A stretch of 64,000 nucleotides of DNA from Andalucia godoyi And28 (GCA_009859145.1 VRVR01000023.1:1-64000); one strand, 5' to 3'. Counted from the first letter of the stretch, positions 20,636 through 31,339 are shown. Numbers and translations are program-made. Notes: generated by a model not told the origin, from the letters alone.

Positions 20636-21658
20636 TTAGGTTCCACAGATTCCTGTCCACCACCTTCGCTTGCGCTTTGGCCTCGAGTCATCAGAGTTTG
20701 CTGCTGAAAGAGAATCTGCGCCTTGGATCGTTCTCTTGGATGCGAGGTCCACTTGCACGTTGCCGTTTTCGCAGTGGAGATGCGAGGACGTGTCCACAGC
20801 AAGATGCGTCCGGAGAATGTTCGGCGAAGCTTCCTTTTCGACGCGAACCTTTCCTTGTTGGGACAGTGATCTGGATAAAATGGGAGAGGACGAGTAGGAG
20901 GAAGCGGCAGAGGAAGCGGCAGAGGAAGCGGCAGAGGAAGCGGCAGAGGAGAAAGAGGAGTCGGCTCGGGCTTCTGCAGCTGCGATTTTGATGGACTTTT
21001 CAAACAACTGAGAGACATTCAGCCCTGACTTAGCGGATACGACCACCACGTCGGAGAACCCATTGTCAGCAGCAAACTTGGAGCATATGCTGCACTGTGT
21101 ATCAGAGTTCTTGAGACGGTCGCTTTTGTTGAGCGCGAGGACGAGAGGTATTGGCTTGCACGAGACAGGCATTGATACTTTGCAAGCGATATCGTTCTTC
21201 CATCGAAGCACGGTTTCAAAATCGAGCTTTTCCGACGAGATGTCCATGACAATAATGGCACACTGTGCGCCACGGTAGTAGGAGTGGGTCATGCACATGA
21301 ATCGCTCCTGTCCGGCAACATCGTAGATCTGACCAACTACCGCCCCCAGTCCGTGAACCATGGTTCGAATGACAGAACACTCGACTCCGAGCGTGGCGAG
21401 AGTGTGGGAATTGAATTCATATCCACATCGACGACGGGCCAAACTAGTTTTGCCCACGCCGTAGCCGCCGACAAGCAACACCTTGTAGGAATGTACAACG
21501 CTGCGCAACTGTTCCGCAGCAGAACCTGGTTTCGCAGAAGACTTCCAGCTCGAAGCAGCACTTGTGGGAATCGAGTCCGGTGGCGAGCTATTGATACTAA
21601 GCACTGAGGAATCATCAGCACAGCAAACTGCGCCAATGTCCCGTGGTCGTGGGGTCAT
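20636..21658 (-). CDS. Rab32/38/29-like small GTPase (tandem paralogue)
   Basis: G1 GGYGVGKT, DVAGQERF, YYRGA, WKNDIACKVSMPVSCKPIPLVLALNKSD, SAK. Confidence 0.85.
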   Translation of the reverse strand: MTPRPRDIGAVCCADDSSVLSINSSPPDSIPTSAASSWKSSAKPGSAAEQLRSVVHSYKVLLVGGYGVGKTSLARRRCGYEFNSHTLATLGVECSVIRTMVHGLGAVVGQIYDVAGQERFMCMTHSYYRGAQCAIIVMDISSEKLDFETVLRWKNDIACKVSMPVSCKPIPLVLALNKSDRLKNSDTQCSICSKFAADNGFSDVVVVSAKSGLNVSQLFEKSIKIAAAEARADSSFSSAASSAASSAASSAASSYSSSPILSRSLSQQGKVRVEKEASPNILRTHLAVDTSSHLHCENGNVQVDLASKRTIQGADSLSAANSDDSRPKRKRRWWTGICGT

Positions 21659-22106
21659 CTTCAAAAGTAAATCGGGTCGGTGGTCTTCAGCGCTCTCTTT
21701 GAAAGAGAGATCCTGAGAAACTCCGGAGCCCCATCAGTGTCTTTTTGGATAGTATGTGCTGTTGCGCAGAACGAAGTCAATAACGAACTTTGAATTGTAT
21801 TTCCACGACATGTCTTTCGGAATTCCAGCGTTCTTCAAGTTCCTTCACCTGTCTGGAAGCACCAACAAGCCAAAGCACCCAACACGAAAAGGGGGAGGGG
21901 GGAAACGGCCACAAGACACGACTGCTCAGTTCTGTAGTCTTGCCGCAAAGGTCTTCTCCGACTTCTCATGTCCCCCTATTTACATGTAGGCGTTCAGACA
22001 GCTTGTTGGGTGCGCTTGCCACGTGCAAGTGTGCTGTCGTGTCTTGATATTGGACGTACTAGTCGTATCTGCGCACTATCCGGGGAAAACACGGATTAGG
22101 GAGAAG

Positions 22107-23587
22107 ATGAAGGTCCCGACGCTGTTTGAAGTAGGTCTCTACACCCTGTTCCTTCTCATGGGGTTCTTCCCATTTCTCCTCATCAATTCGATATTCTCTG
22201 AATTGCCGTTTCTGGTGGATACGCTGCCCGAAGGAAAGAGCATCGGCGTGTACATTGGTGCGGCGTTCCAAGTAGCCAATATCAGTTCCTTTATATACAT
22301 TTTCGTCAATGAACGAAAGCCCATCAGGTATGCTCTCACTCAACGACCTCGGCCCTCCATGAGACCCCTCCCCCCCCAATACGTGACCGCGATCTTATGG
22401 ACTGTCTTGTTTATTGTTATTTCTTATGAACTGTGTGCATTAATTTTTGTATGTATGTATGTATGTGTGTATGTATGTGTGTATGCATCAGAGACACCAT
22501 CTCGCTTCCGCTCCTTTCGTCGCTTGGAATTGCGGATGCCTTTTTGCTCAGTGCGCTGTGGAACAAAAGGGTCAACTCCACATCGTATGTCGCCCTATGC
22601 TTTTTCTCGACCTCTCCTATTACCACTTTCATCGTTGTTGTTATTTCACACGCACTGTATGGGAATTGTACTGATTGCTTGCGGTTGTGCACGGTCGACA
22701 GATTTTGGGTCTTGCTGTGTACGTTCTTGTCAGGAATCGTTGGTTGCACTGGAGTTGTTGCGCTGTTCGGCTATGTTTCAAAATTTAAAATGACGTTTTT
22801 GAGCGGCGTGTCAACGGGATTGGCTGCGTCTGGGATTGTTTCTGCGTTGCTATCGCTGTGCCAAGGAGCAGGCTCATCTGCTTCTCGCTTTTCCGTGTCC
22901 ATCTTTTTTGTCATTGTTGGAGTATTCATGATTTTCGCTTTCTTTGCGCTCATGGCGCTCATACTCGTCCCGAAGTTGAGAAGTGCTGCAAGTGACCAGC
23001 ATGCATTTGAGGAAGCCGTTTTGCTTGCGTCTGCATCGTTTGGGACAGATGACGAATCTCCTTCGTCGGCTAAGGATGGCCACTCCGCGAAAACACCCCT
23101 TCCCATGTTGTTTCGTGCGGCGATGTATCCGCTGTCCATGATCTTTCTCCAAGCACTGCAAACATACTTTGTGGCACCAGGCATCGAACCATTCTTGTCC
23201 GCGGACCTGGACGTCCTGGTGTGGACTGCTAATTGCTTTCTCGTTGGGAATGTTGTTGGACGGGCGTTTTCGTCCGTGTTTGTAACCCACAAATTACACG
23301 TCTGCAATTTGGTGCAATGTGCGCTCATGGTTTACATGATCGTTTGTGGATTGGCGCCGTCGTTGAAGCACAACGCGAAAGCTGCGTGGACCATCCCTCC
23401 GGCAATGTTTCTCTTCTCTGCAGTGGCCGGCTACACGAACACAATGGTTTATGGAATTGTCCAAAGAAGGTTTTGCGGACTCGACAGGGATCGGCTGAGC
23501 AGATGGGCAAGCGTTTCCAACCAAACAGGCGCGCTCGTGGGAACGTTTCTGGCCTTGATTATCGTCGTGTCGGGCGGATTCAAGTAG
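22107..23587 (+). CDS. SLC52-like (riboflavin transporter family) membrane protein, two exons 22107-22327 and 22492-23587
   Basis: INSIFSELPFLVDTLPEGKSI resembles the SLC52 xELP...LPEGW segment; about 11 TM segments; splicing restores frame (...PI-R-DTIS...). Confidence 0.75.
22328..22491 (+). other. Spliceosomal intron (164 nt)
   Basis: GTATGC donor, GCATCAG acceptor, joins two ORFs in frame; contains (GTAT/GTGT)n. Confidence 0.8.
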
Positions 23588-23598
23588 CGGATGCAAGA

Positions 23599-25446
23599 TC
23601 ACCGTGTCTTTCGAATTTTCAGTAGATGCAAGAAGTGCTCCCAAATTATCTTGACTCTACCGGTGGCGCGCGCATGTTTCTTCGTCATCCGTCCTTGTTC
23701 TCGCAGTTGCAGATATTTTGCGGCCTGCGTGCACTTGTACAATCGAAGCACTTGCACTACGGTGTTTTCTATTTCTGCAGCCTCTGCAAGTTCGTCCTTG
23801 CAAAACGGTCCGTCGATTCGATTCAGCAATTGCAATAGGAGGATGTCTTCGCAGATAAACTTGAGCTGCGGCACATTGAACATGTCCGCTAACTCCAAGA
23901 CTTGGAAGACGTTGTCTATCGATACGCAGGCATCGTCACCAGAAGCTTCAATGCTGTACAATCGACCGCCTTGGGCTGCATCGTTGTAGACCTTCCAAAA
24001 GACGTTCGGTTGGAAGAAAGACAAGAGGCACTTGACGGAGGAACAGTGGAAAGCTGGAAAGTGCATTTGGTGATTGCCTCGAAACTCCGAGAGCGACAAG
24101 AAAGCGGTCAATTCTCTAGACTTTTTGCATTCGAGGTCGTCGATTTCAAATTCGCCATCGTCGCACGTCACCAAATGCACATGACGGTCGACCGCAGCAT
24201 CCGATGACTGGGAGCAGTTGGATGCTCGAGAGAGGTTGAGTCGGTTGAAGTACGGATGAGGGGGGACCGGTACGTACACGGAAACCTGCGTAACGAATGC
24301 AGCATGCATGCCAGAGCTCGTGCAGCTCCAGGAAATAAGGCTTCCGGGAAATGATACTTTCACAGCTTTTGGATTGGCGTTGTCGCCGGTTTTCGAGATT
24401 CCGCGAATAGTTTGCTGCTCTTGCTCGATGTCGTTGATAAAGCTCGTGTACCAAGTCCAGTCGGCCACGCCACCTCCGCACAGAGCGACGCTTTTCAGTT
24501 CTTGCAGATTCCTCCGACCAAAAGTGTGAATGGAGCCGCTCTGGAGGAACACTTGGGTCAAGTGCCGCAGCGCGACGACCTCGCGAATGTCGTCCTCGAA
24601 GTCCAGCACTGTTGGATGACTGACCCACTTCTTGAGATGAGGTGAAATGGCTTCTCCAAAGAAGTTGCCTCCGCAACAGCAGATCTGGCGGCGATTCGCA
24701 GAAATGAAGACCGAGTGATACGGTGTCATGACGACCTCTCCCATCGGCGACGGAAACTCTTTCAAAAGAATGGGTGTTGAAATGACACTTCCAGTGGTTG
24801 CTTGTTCGGCGAATGTGTGGTGCCCCAGATGGAGGTGACCGTTTTCTCCGCAGCCGTACACGCTTCCTTCTGTCGTAATGAAGACAGACACGCTGTCTGC
24901 CACGCCGATGCTCATAATCTTCACTGCTCCCAATATTGGGGACATGTCTGAAACGCAGATCGGTTTCCTCCAGCGGGTCTGCAGCACTCTGCTCGATTCC
25001 ACGCCAAACTGACTCTTCGAATTGTCTCCTGCTGCCCAGATCTTTCCATCTGCAGACAGCAGCAGAATATGTTTACGTCCTGCACAAGCGGAAACGAACG
25101 AGACGCCGCGGACAACCTCCCTACCGTTGATGTACGCTTGACCCGTACGAGACAGCGCAACGTGTGCATAGGGCAGCTTTTCAAGACCCTTCTTTTTTCC
25201 TTCGTGCTTCACATCAACACGGCTGCTTATCTGGCAGCTCGTCATGCTCACGCTCACAATTCCCTTGTCTCCGTAGCACGAAATCGAAGACGCGGATGCA
25301 GAAAGTGCAGATACGTAATGGACAATCGTACGCGACGCCACAGGGGCAATCGCGAACTCTTCGTGTGTTGGGTAAAACAGTGTTTTAGGACTCACAAGAT
25401 CGACATTCGTTCCGACACTGCGGACGACTCGGTCCTCACAACTCAT
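23599..25446 (-). CDS. RCC1-repeat protein with C-terminal BTB-like domain
   Basis: ACAGRKHILLLSADGKIWAAGDNSKSQFG and VYGCGENGHLHLG (RCC1); VLELADMFNVPQLKFICE (BTB end); ATG 25446 chosen. Confidence 0.8.
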   Translation of the reverse strand: MSCEDRVVRSVGTNVDLVSPKTLFYPTHEEFAIAPVASRTIVHYVSALSASASSISCYGDKGIVSVSMTSCQISSRVDVKHEGKKKGLEKLPYAHVALSRTGQAYINGREVVRGVSFVSACAGRKHILLLSADGKIWAAGDNSKSQFGVESSRVLQTRWRKPICVSDMSPILGAVKIMSIGVADSVSVFITTEGSVYGCGENGHLHLGHHTFAEQATTGSVISTPILLKEFPSPMGEVVMTPYHSVFISANRRQICCCGGNFFGEAISPHLKKWVSHPTVLDFEDDIREVVALRHLTQVFLQSGSIHTFGRRNLQELKSVALCGGGVADWTWYTSFINDIEQEQQTIRGISKTGDNANPKAVKVSFPGSLISWSCTSSGMHAAFVTQVSVYVPVPPHPYFNRLNLSRASNCSQSSDAAVDRHVHLVTCDDGEFEIDDLECKKSRELTAFLSLSEFRGNHQMHFPAFHCSSVKCLLSFFQPNVFWKVYNDAAQGGRLYSIEASGDDACVSIDNVFQVLELADMFNVPQLKFICEDILLLQLLNRIDGPFCKDELAEAAEIENTVVQVLRLYKCTQAAKYLQLREQGRMTKKHARATGRVKIIWEHFLHLLKIRKTR

Positions 25447-25995
25447 TTCTAAGATCCGTTGTTTCTCAAACAATCCAAAGTCAAAGGATAAAAACAGTGC
25501 GGCAACCAAAGAAAGGGGGGGGGGGGGAGGGAAAAGGACGATAGTCAATATGAAAAGATAGAAGCATGCAACATGGACGACCACACACGAAATCGGAAAA
25601 CCTTGAACGAAGAATTGCAACACGGAATGCTGCTGCTCCTCATCCACTACCGCGCAAAGCACTCCCCACTCGGCCGTGTTCTTGAAGCCACACTAAACAA
25701 TTAAAAGGAAAGGCGGTGAGAAAAAAGTGTTGCACTGGAACTGCAAGATGCAAACGTACCAGCTGTCAGCTCACCCTGCAGTCCGTCCGTCCATACGTAC
25801 ACTCTTTTTTCGCCGGTTGTAAAACACCAAATCAAAACACTACAGTCGCTTCCTCAGTAAAGTCGCCAGCTGTCGTCCGCTCTTTTCTCGCCGTTTTCTC
25901 TGTTGTCCAAGCATCCCCGTTTCGAGAGTGCGCATCATCAATCGACCGAGACTGGAGAATACGATCAGACAGAGAAAAACTTGGTTCAAAGAAGG

Positions 25996-26781
25996 ATGTT
26001 TGATATAGCGGTGTCCGAGGTTCTGGCGACTGTTATCATTGCATCCGCAGTCTTATCGAAGCGTGACATGCCAATCATTGCGCGTTTTACAGGCCGTGCA
26101 CTCGGTCGCGCAATGCATTACGTTCGGAAAGGAAAAGATACTTTCGCAAGCGTATCCAATCAAGCAGAACTCGCACAAGTATGAAGCTTTTCTTTTCTTT
26201 TCTTTCTTTCTTTTTTCTTTTTTTTAATATGTTGTTTGTCGTTTGTTGTTTTGTTTTTGCGCCTTCTTCATTATTTTCTGCTGGTTTGTGTTTGCTGACG
26301 AGTTGCCTCCATGATGGTCATCTTCTGATTGTTGTTGTTTCTGTTTGGCGGTGGAGAGAGAGTATAGTTGCACAAGGATCTACGAAGTGCGCTTCAAGAT
26401 GTGGAGAAAATCAAGAGTGAGATAAGCGGGTCGTTGTCCATTGGTCGAGCTCCCGTGTACATCGTGCCGGAACAACCGCTTGCCTCTCATTCTTCTTTCA
26501 GCTCCCCAACTCCCACGCCCACACCCACGCCCACACCCATGCCCACACCCATGCCCACACCCACGCTCACGCCCACTCATACGCATGCTGATAGCACTCC
26601 GTCTCTGCAGTTGACGGCATTGTCATCGCGGACGCAACCACCGTCGAAACTGGACCAGGTTCCATCGTGTGCTGATATCGTCTCCGAGTCTATTTTGGAA
26701 CGGTTCGCTGCAAAGTACCACTCGGGCCACCCGGCAATCGCCTCTCCGCCGTCGGCTCATCCAAGAAAAACGTCTCTGTAG
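25996..26781 (+). CDS. tatB: TatB-like twin-arginine translocase subunit (nucleus-encoded), exons 25996-26178 and 26368-26781
   Basis: MFDIAVSEVLATVIIASAVLSKRDMPIIARFTGRALGRA parallels bacterial TatB MFDIGFSELL...LGPQRLP; splicing gives QAELAQLHKDLRSALQDVEKIKSEI, similar to plant mitochondrial TatB-like proteins. Confidence 0.8.
26179..26367 (+). other. Spliceosomal intron (189 nt) in tatB
   Basis: GTATGA donor, TATAG acceptor, T-rich body, phase 0 join; acceptor context is unusually purine-rich. Confidence 0.65.
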
Positions 26782-26978
26782 ACGAAGAGTGAGGAACTGC
26801 TGTAAGCATGCTCTTACAGCCGTCATTTTCCACTGAATCTTGGTGACTTCGTGTCTCGGTTCTCGTTTTACCTTTCCTTTATTACATTTTTTTTAATTTA
26901 TTTTTTGGTTTGCTTATATTCTTGTTTTCTACGATTGTAGGATTGGATACGTATTGCAGTCATAGGGCAGATTCGGAA

Positions 26979-27485
26979 ATGGGAGAGCCGTCGAAGGCAG
27001 TGCTCGAGTCGAAGAAGCCTCTAAAGGCAGCAGCGAGTTCGGAAGGAGCTCCGCTTCCGACGCTGAGAGAGATTGAGCTCATGCGGAAAATGCAAGAGCT
27101 GGAAAAGACGAAAAAGCTACTGATTGCAAAGATTCAAAAGATGCAGATTGACAACACTGCATACTACAGCCGACTTTCGAAAGAGCGAGACGAGTGCAAG
27201 GCGCGGCTTGCAACCATTGAGTCCAAGAACCTCGGTCTTCACAAGGTGATTGAGATCTTTCTGCTGCAGTTCGAATCGATGGGAATCATCGGAAATGTAC
27301 ATGCAACAAATCCTCGAGTCGATGCCGTTGTTACAGAGTCCGCATGGTCGTCACCGCTCATGGCTCCCGACGACCATGCTCAGTTGGACACGGACATGGC
27401 GGCCAGTGCCGACGCTGCTGTTGCTGCTGTTGCTGCCGTGGCTGTTGCTGAGGCGAATGCAACCACCGTCGCAAAGCAGCAGTAA
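26979..27485 (+). CDS. Hypothetical coiled-coil protein
   Basis: Heptad-like E/K/L-rich segment, Ala-rich tail; no family recognised. Confidence 0.55.
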   Translation: MGEPSKAVLESKKPLKAAASSEGAPLPTLREIELMRKMQELEKTKKLLIAKIQKMQIDNTAYYSRLSKERDECKARLATIESKNLGLHKVIEIFLLQFESMGIIGNVHATNPRVDAVVTESAWSSPLMAPDDHAQLDTDMAASADAAVAAVAAVAVAEANATTVAKQQ

Positions 27486-27613
27486 AAATGCGAGACGATG
27501 GCGCATCGTTCCGACTGCTCCGAGTCGGATAAATAAAAACGAGAAGCGAATAATCCGCGTTCCACCACCTGATCGCTTGATCGCTTTGGTCATTCTGCTT
27601 TTTGGAGTGCTCA

Positions 27614-28798
27614 TCAAGCCGAGATTGTGGCGATTTCGTCGTCAAGTTGTGCAAAGATGGACACGATTCTTCGGGCGGTTTCCTCGACCCAGCATCTGCT
27701 CTGAATGCCCATGATGCGTTCCTCCTTCCCGTCGACAAAAATTGCGTCCCTGACGGCTGCAGCTACCTCAATCACTCCTCCGAGAACGGCGCCCAAAAAC
27801 CCGTTGAGCAAAATGACCCACCACTGCAAAGAGGGAAACATGATGTATGGAATGCAGATGCAGTACACGGTAAGCAAAAGTGCGAGAAGGTCTCTGTGTG
27901 CAAACGGCATAAATGTGCGCCGCGCACCAGAGAGCTGTCCGATATGGTCCACGAGCTGCGATACAGTCCGGAATGCCACCTGTGCCGTGGACGGCTGGTA
28001 GACGCCAGCTTCAATCAAGACACATACTCTGCGCACCATTGCATGTCGAATACAGTCCAGCGAGCAGTCATACAGCGCAAGCTCCTGCTGCAGACCCGCA
28101 CTGATCCGCAGCGACCGCGGCGGCCGGAACCGTGCATAGCTTGCATGGAACGACTGGTGCGAAGATCGCACTGCCAGCGGAAGCATTGCCAGAAGGGACC
28201 CAATATCCGCAATGACGTTCACCACAAGCTGCTCCTCCAGTCGTCCATTCACCGCCACCACAGTCACGCCATCCAGCACCTGGCTTCCGTCCACCGTCGT
28301 TGGCACGTACACCTTGCATTTCTTCCGCAGGTTCTTCGCTTCATCAGCGGACAGCTTCCCCATAAGAGGGCGAGAACCATCAAGAAAGGAAGAACGGAGA
28401 ATCTGCGAGGAAAGATACTCTGCCGAGTGGAGCGACAGTGCACAGACGCTCGTCAGCCGGCGATAACACGTCGTGAACCGCTCGTAGTTTGCATTTCCTC
28501 GCAGTGCAAGCAGGAACGCGAGCGCGGTTCCGACAAACGTCCACAGTGTCGAATCAATCGTTGCGGCAGCTTGTGGCATATCTGTATACGTGAGTGCCAG
28601 GCACCATGCAAGGGCTACGATGGCAGCAAGAACTGAAGGGAGCGATACGATACGCATAATTGTGAACGTTCGCAAAACCAACGACCGGTCCTTTGGCGGC
28701 TTGAATTGCGACAGCGAATATAGCGAGTCGGACCGATGCAACAGCGAGGACGATTCGCTCACATCTCCTCCGTCCAGCGAATACAATGTCGAGTGCAT
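27614..28798 (-). CDS. Bestrophin-family (RFP-TM, bacterial/plant-like) channel
   Basis: GTALAFLLALRGNANYERF, TFMPFAHRDLL, GVIEVAAAVRDAI pattern with four TM segments. Confidence 0.75.
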   Translation of the reverse strand: MHSTLYSLDGGDVSESSSLLHRSDSLYSLSQFKPPKDRSLVLRTFTIMRIVSLPSVLAAIVALAWCLALTYTDMPQAAATIDSTLWTFVGTALAFLLALRGNANYERFTTCYRRLTSVCALSLHSAEYLSSQILRSSFLDGSRPLMGKLSADEAKNLRKKCKVYVPTTVDGSQVLDGVTVVAVNGRLEEQLVVNVIADIGSLLAMLPLAVRSSHQSFHASYARFRPPRSLRISAGLQQELALYDCSLDCIRHAMVRRVCVLIEAGVYQPSTAQVAFRTVSQLVDHIGQLSGARRTFMPFAHRDLLALLLTVYCICIPYIMFPSLQWWVILLNGFLGAVLGGVIEVAAAVRDAIFVDGKEERIMGIQSRCWVEETARRIVSIFAQLDDEIATISA

Positions 28799-29519
28799 TC
28801 AACGAGGCTGCAGCGCAAAATGAAATACTGATTCAAGGAGAAAAGGCCTCAATCCACAAATAAAATGAATCGAAAAAGACCCGAGAAAAACACTTTCTGC
28901 ATATTGTTTTGCATCGATGTGTTTTCGTGATGTCCCGAAAAGAAGGACTTGTGCCTCATCTACAGCAGGAACTGCCATCTGTTACCGCTGCCACTTGTTG
29001 CGACATGACGAGGCGGTCTAAAGCGCACGCAAACAAACACACTGCCACGCGCCACGCGCCATGCGCATGCGCATGCGTCTGTTATCTTAAGCAACTCCGT
29101 CACACGACGCCCGATTCGTTTCGCCCCATTTTGATCATGAAATCCCTATAAACACGCCGCCGCGTTGCATTATGCATGTTGTTGGGTTGCAACACTGATT
29201 ATCGGTGATCAGCGACGATTGTCCGTGGATTGGTGTACAATGCTGAAGATGTGCAGGTCGAGGCCCAGCGAGAGACACTGTCGAATATTGACAACCGATT
29301 CCTTATAATCGATGATGGGCGCTGAGGCTGAGTGTAAAAGTCACTTTTAATACGCCAAATAAATCCGTTTGAGGCGCAGCATGCGAGCCAAACTTTTTGG
29401 AGAGGTTTTTGGATTGGAGAATAATACTCGGAATCAAGACGTTCGTACACATCTATGAAACAAACACAATGCAAACAAAAAAGAGGGAAGGGAAGATGGG
29501 GAGATGGAAAGCTCCCTGT

Positions 29520-30911
29520 CTAGTCCCAGTCGTCTTCATCTGCACCCATCTTCGTTCTACGGTTCGCCATTGCCGACGCCAACATTGCTTGTAATGAGCC
29601 TGCTGGAGCATTCCCCGCCGCAGATGATCCTGGTCCGGACGACGCGGATGATGCTCCTCCGCCGCCTGAAGCAGCCATTGCAGCGAGTTCCGAGGGGCTC
29701 TTAGGCTCCTTGCGTTCGGATGGCGGCACCTTTCGCAACGCCGCACCTCCGCGGATGGACGCCAGGAGATCTCCGCGTCCATTTGCTCCAGTCGCTACTT
29801 CGATGGGTACCCCAGCCGGTGGCCCAGACGCAGGCGGTGCAGGCGGTGCAGGTGGTGGTGGCGGTGGTGGCGGTGGTGGCGGTCCGCCTTGCATCGCGGG
29901 TCGGGGAGCTTGAGCTAGCGTCGCTGTCGCCGTCATTGCCGTCATCATCATTGGAGGAACAGGCGGCGGCGGCATCGTGGTCTTCTTCGTCATCATCATT
30001 GATGGCGGTGCTGGTGGTGCTGGCGGTGCCGGTGGTGCTGGTGCTGGTGGAGCTGGTGGTGCTGGTGGAGCTGGTGGTGCTGGTGGAGCTGGCGGCGTGG
30101 GTGGTGGAGGTGCTTGCATCATTGGTACTGGCCGTGGCTGCGTCGTCATCATCGATGGTGGCGGCGGAGGCGGTGGCGATACCGGCATTGCTGAGGAAGA
30201 TGCGTACGGAGATGCAAACAACGGAGAGGGAGAAGAAAGCGTCGGAGAATCGGAAGACCCGGCCGACGGGGCTCGCGAGTGGAGTCGTGGCGGCGGTGGC
30301 GGTGGTCGAAGAGTGCCGGGAGACCCAAGAGCAGTGCTAGCCATTGCCGACGTCATCGACGACATCATCATTGTCGCCATCGGCGGTCCCAGTGGTGGCG
30401 GTGGCGCCGCCAGTGCTGCCGACGAAGCATACATGTTCTGGTTTAGATTAGGACCAGAACCGGGACCAGAACCGGGACCAGAACCGGGACCAGAACCGGG
30501 ACCGAGACCGAGGCTCGAGTTTGGATTTGAATTTGGATTTGGATTTGAATTTGGATTGGATAGAGAACGAACAAAGGATTGGCCTTGGCCAGCGGAATTG
30601 GCAGCAACGACAGAGTTGAAAAAGTCGAGAAAGCGATGCAGGTCCGCGTGCGACTCTGCCATAACAGGAAACGTGCGCTGGTCAGTCTCGATATTGAAGC
30701 AGAACGGACGAAACGTCTCGGGCCCGCCGGGATACAACGGCTGTGGAAACACTCGCGTAACTTGAGACAAGGAAAACCCACCCTTCACAGTCGTCCGCGT
30801 CTCGTCTTTATAGTACACAATCTCGGTGCCGGACGCATTTGTGCTGAAGAACCGCCGGTTCCAGTTTGTCCGCTTGCTTCCTTTCTTGTGCAGCCACCCA
30901 CTCAAACTCAT
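29520..30911 (-). CDS. PH domain + polyproline + WH2-C-acidic (VCA) protein, putative Arp2/3 nucleation-promoting factor
   Basis: PH: GWLHKKGSKRTNWNRRFF; long PPPP runs; WH2 RGDLLASIRGGAALRKV; amphipathic LQAMLASAMANRR; terminal DEDDWD. Confidence 0.85.
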   Translation of the reverse strand: MSLSGWLHKKGSKRTNWNRRFFSTNASGTEIVYYKDETRTTVKGGFSLSQVTRVFPQPLYPGGPETFRPFCFNIETDQRTFPVMAESHADLHRFLDFFNSVVAANSAGQGQSFVRSLSNPNSNPNPNSNPNSSLGLGPGSGPGSGPGSGPGSGPNLNQNMYASSAALAAPPPPLGPPMATMMMSSMTSAMASTALGSPGTLRPPPPPPRLHSRAPSAGSSDSPTLSSPSPLFASPYASSSAMPVSPPPPPPPSMMTTQPRPVPMMQAPPPPTPPAPPAPPAPPAPPAPPAPAPPAPPAPPAPPSMMMTKKTTMPPPPVPPMMMTAMTATATLAQAPRPAMQGGPPPPPPPPPPPAPPAPPASGPPAGVPIEVATGANGRGDLLASIRGGAALRKVPPSERKEPKSPSELAAMAASGGGGASSASSGPGSSAAGNAPAGSLQAMLASAMANRRTKMGADEDDWD

Positions 30912-31339
30912 CCTCGTGCAAAGCACAAACCTCTTCTTTCTGGTTCGTCACTCCCTCTCTACTCTTTCTCTTTCTCTTTCTTTTTCCTCTTTCTTTCCCC
31001 TTCTCTCGACGGCGAACGAAGGAACCAAAACAAAATTAATTATACTAATACATGAGAATGGAAGGAAATGGGGCGCAAAAACTCGGTCAAAAAACGGTCG
31101 GTCATTTTCAGTAAGGGAGGGGCCGCGGGTTTTGCAGCATCACGTGATGCAATGCAGGACCAAAAAAGACTTGGTGAAATTGTCCGGTTTTTACGGATTC
31201 GAGTCTGCTTACACGTGGTCTTCGTTTGGTTTTTTTATTACAGAGGTTTTTTTAGGCGTCGCAAGCGAAAGAGCAAGCAAGCAGTTTAAAGGAAACCAGT
31301 CGACTGCTGTTTTGTCGAAATGCTGCCGAACATGAGAGA

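Noticed and set aside
29061-29077. GCGCATGCGC palindrome (NRF1-like site) upstream of bestrophin
   Set aside because: Single occurrence in a GC-rich spacer; insufficient support
29710-30765. Long Gly/Ala/Val-rich plus-strand ORFs (and similar ones at 13553-14677, 27602-28636, 31633-32913, 50404-51213, 55827-56726)
   Set aside because: Antisense shadows of GC-rich real genes
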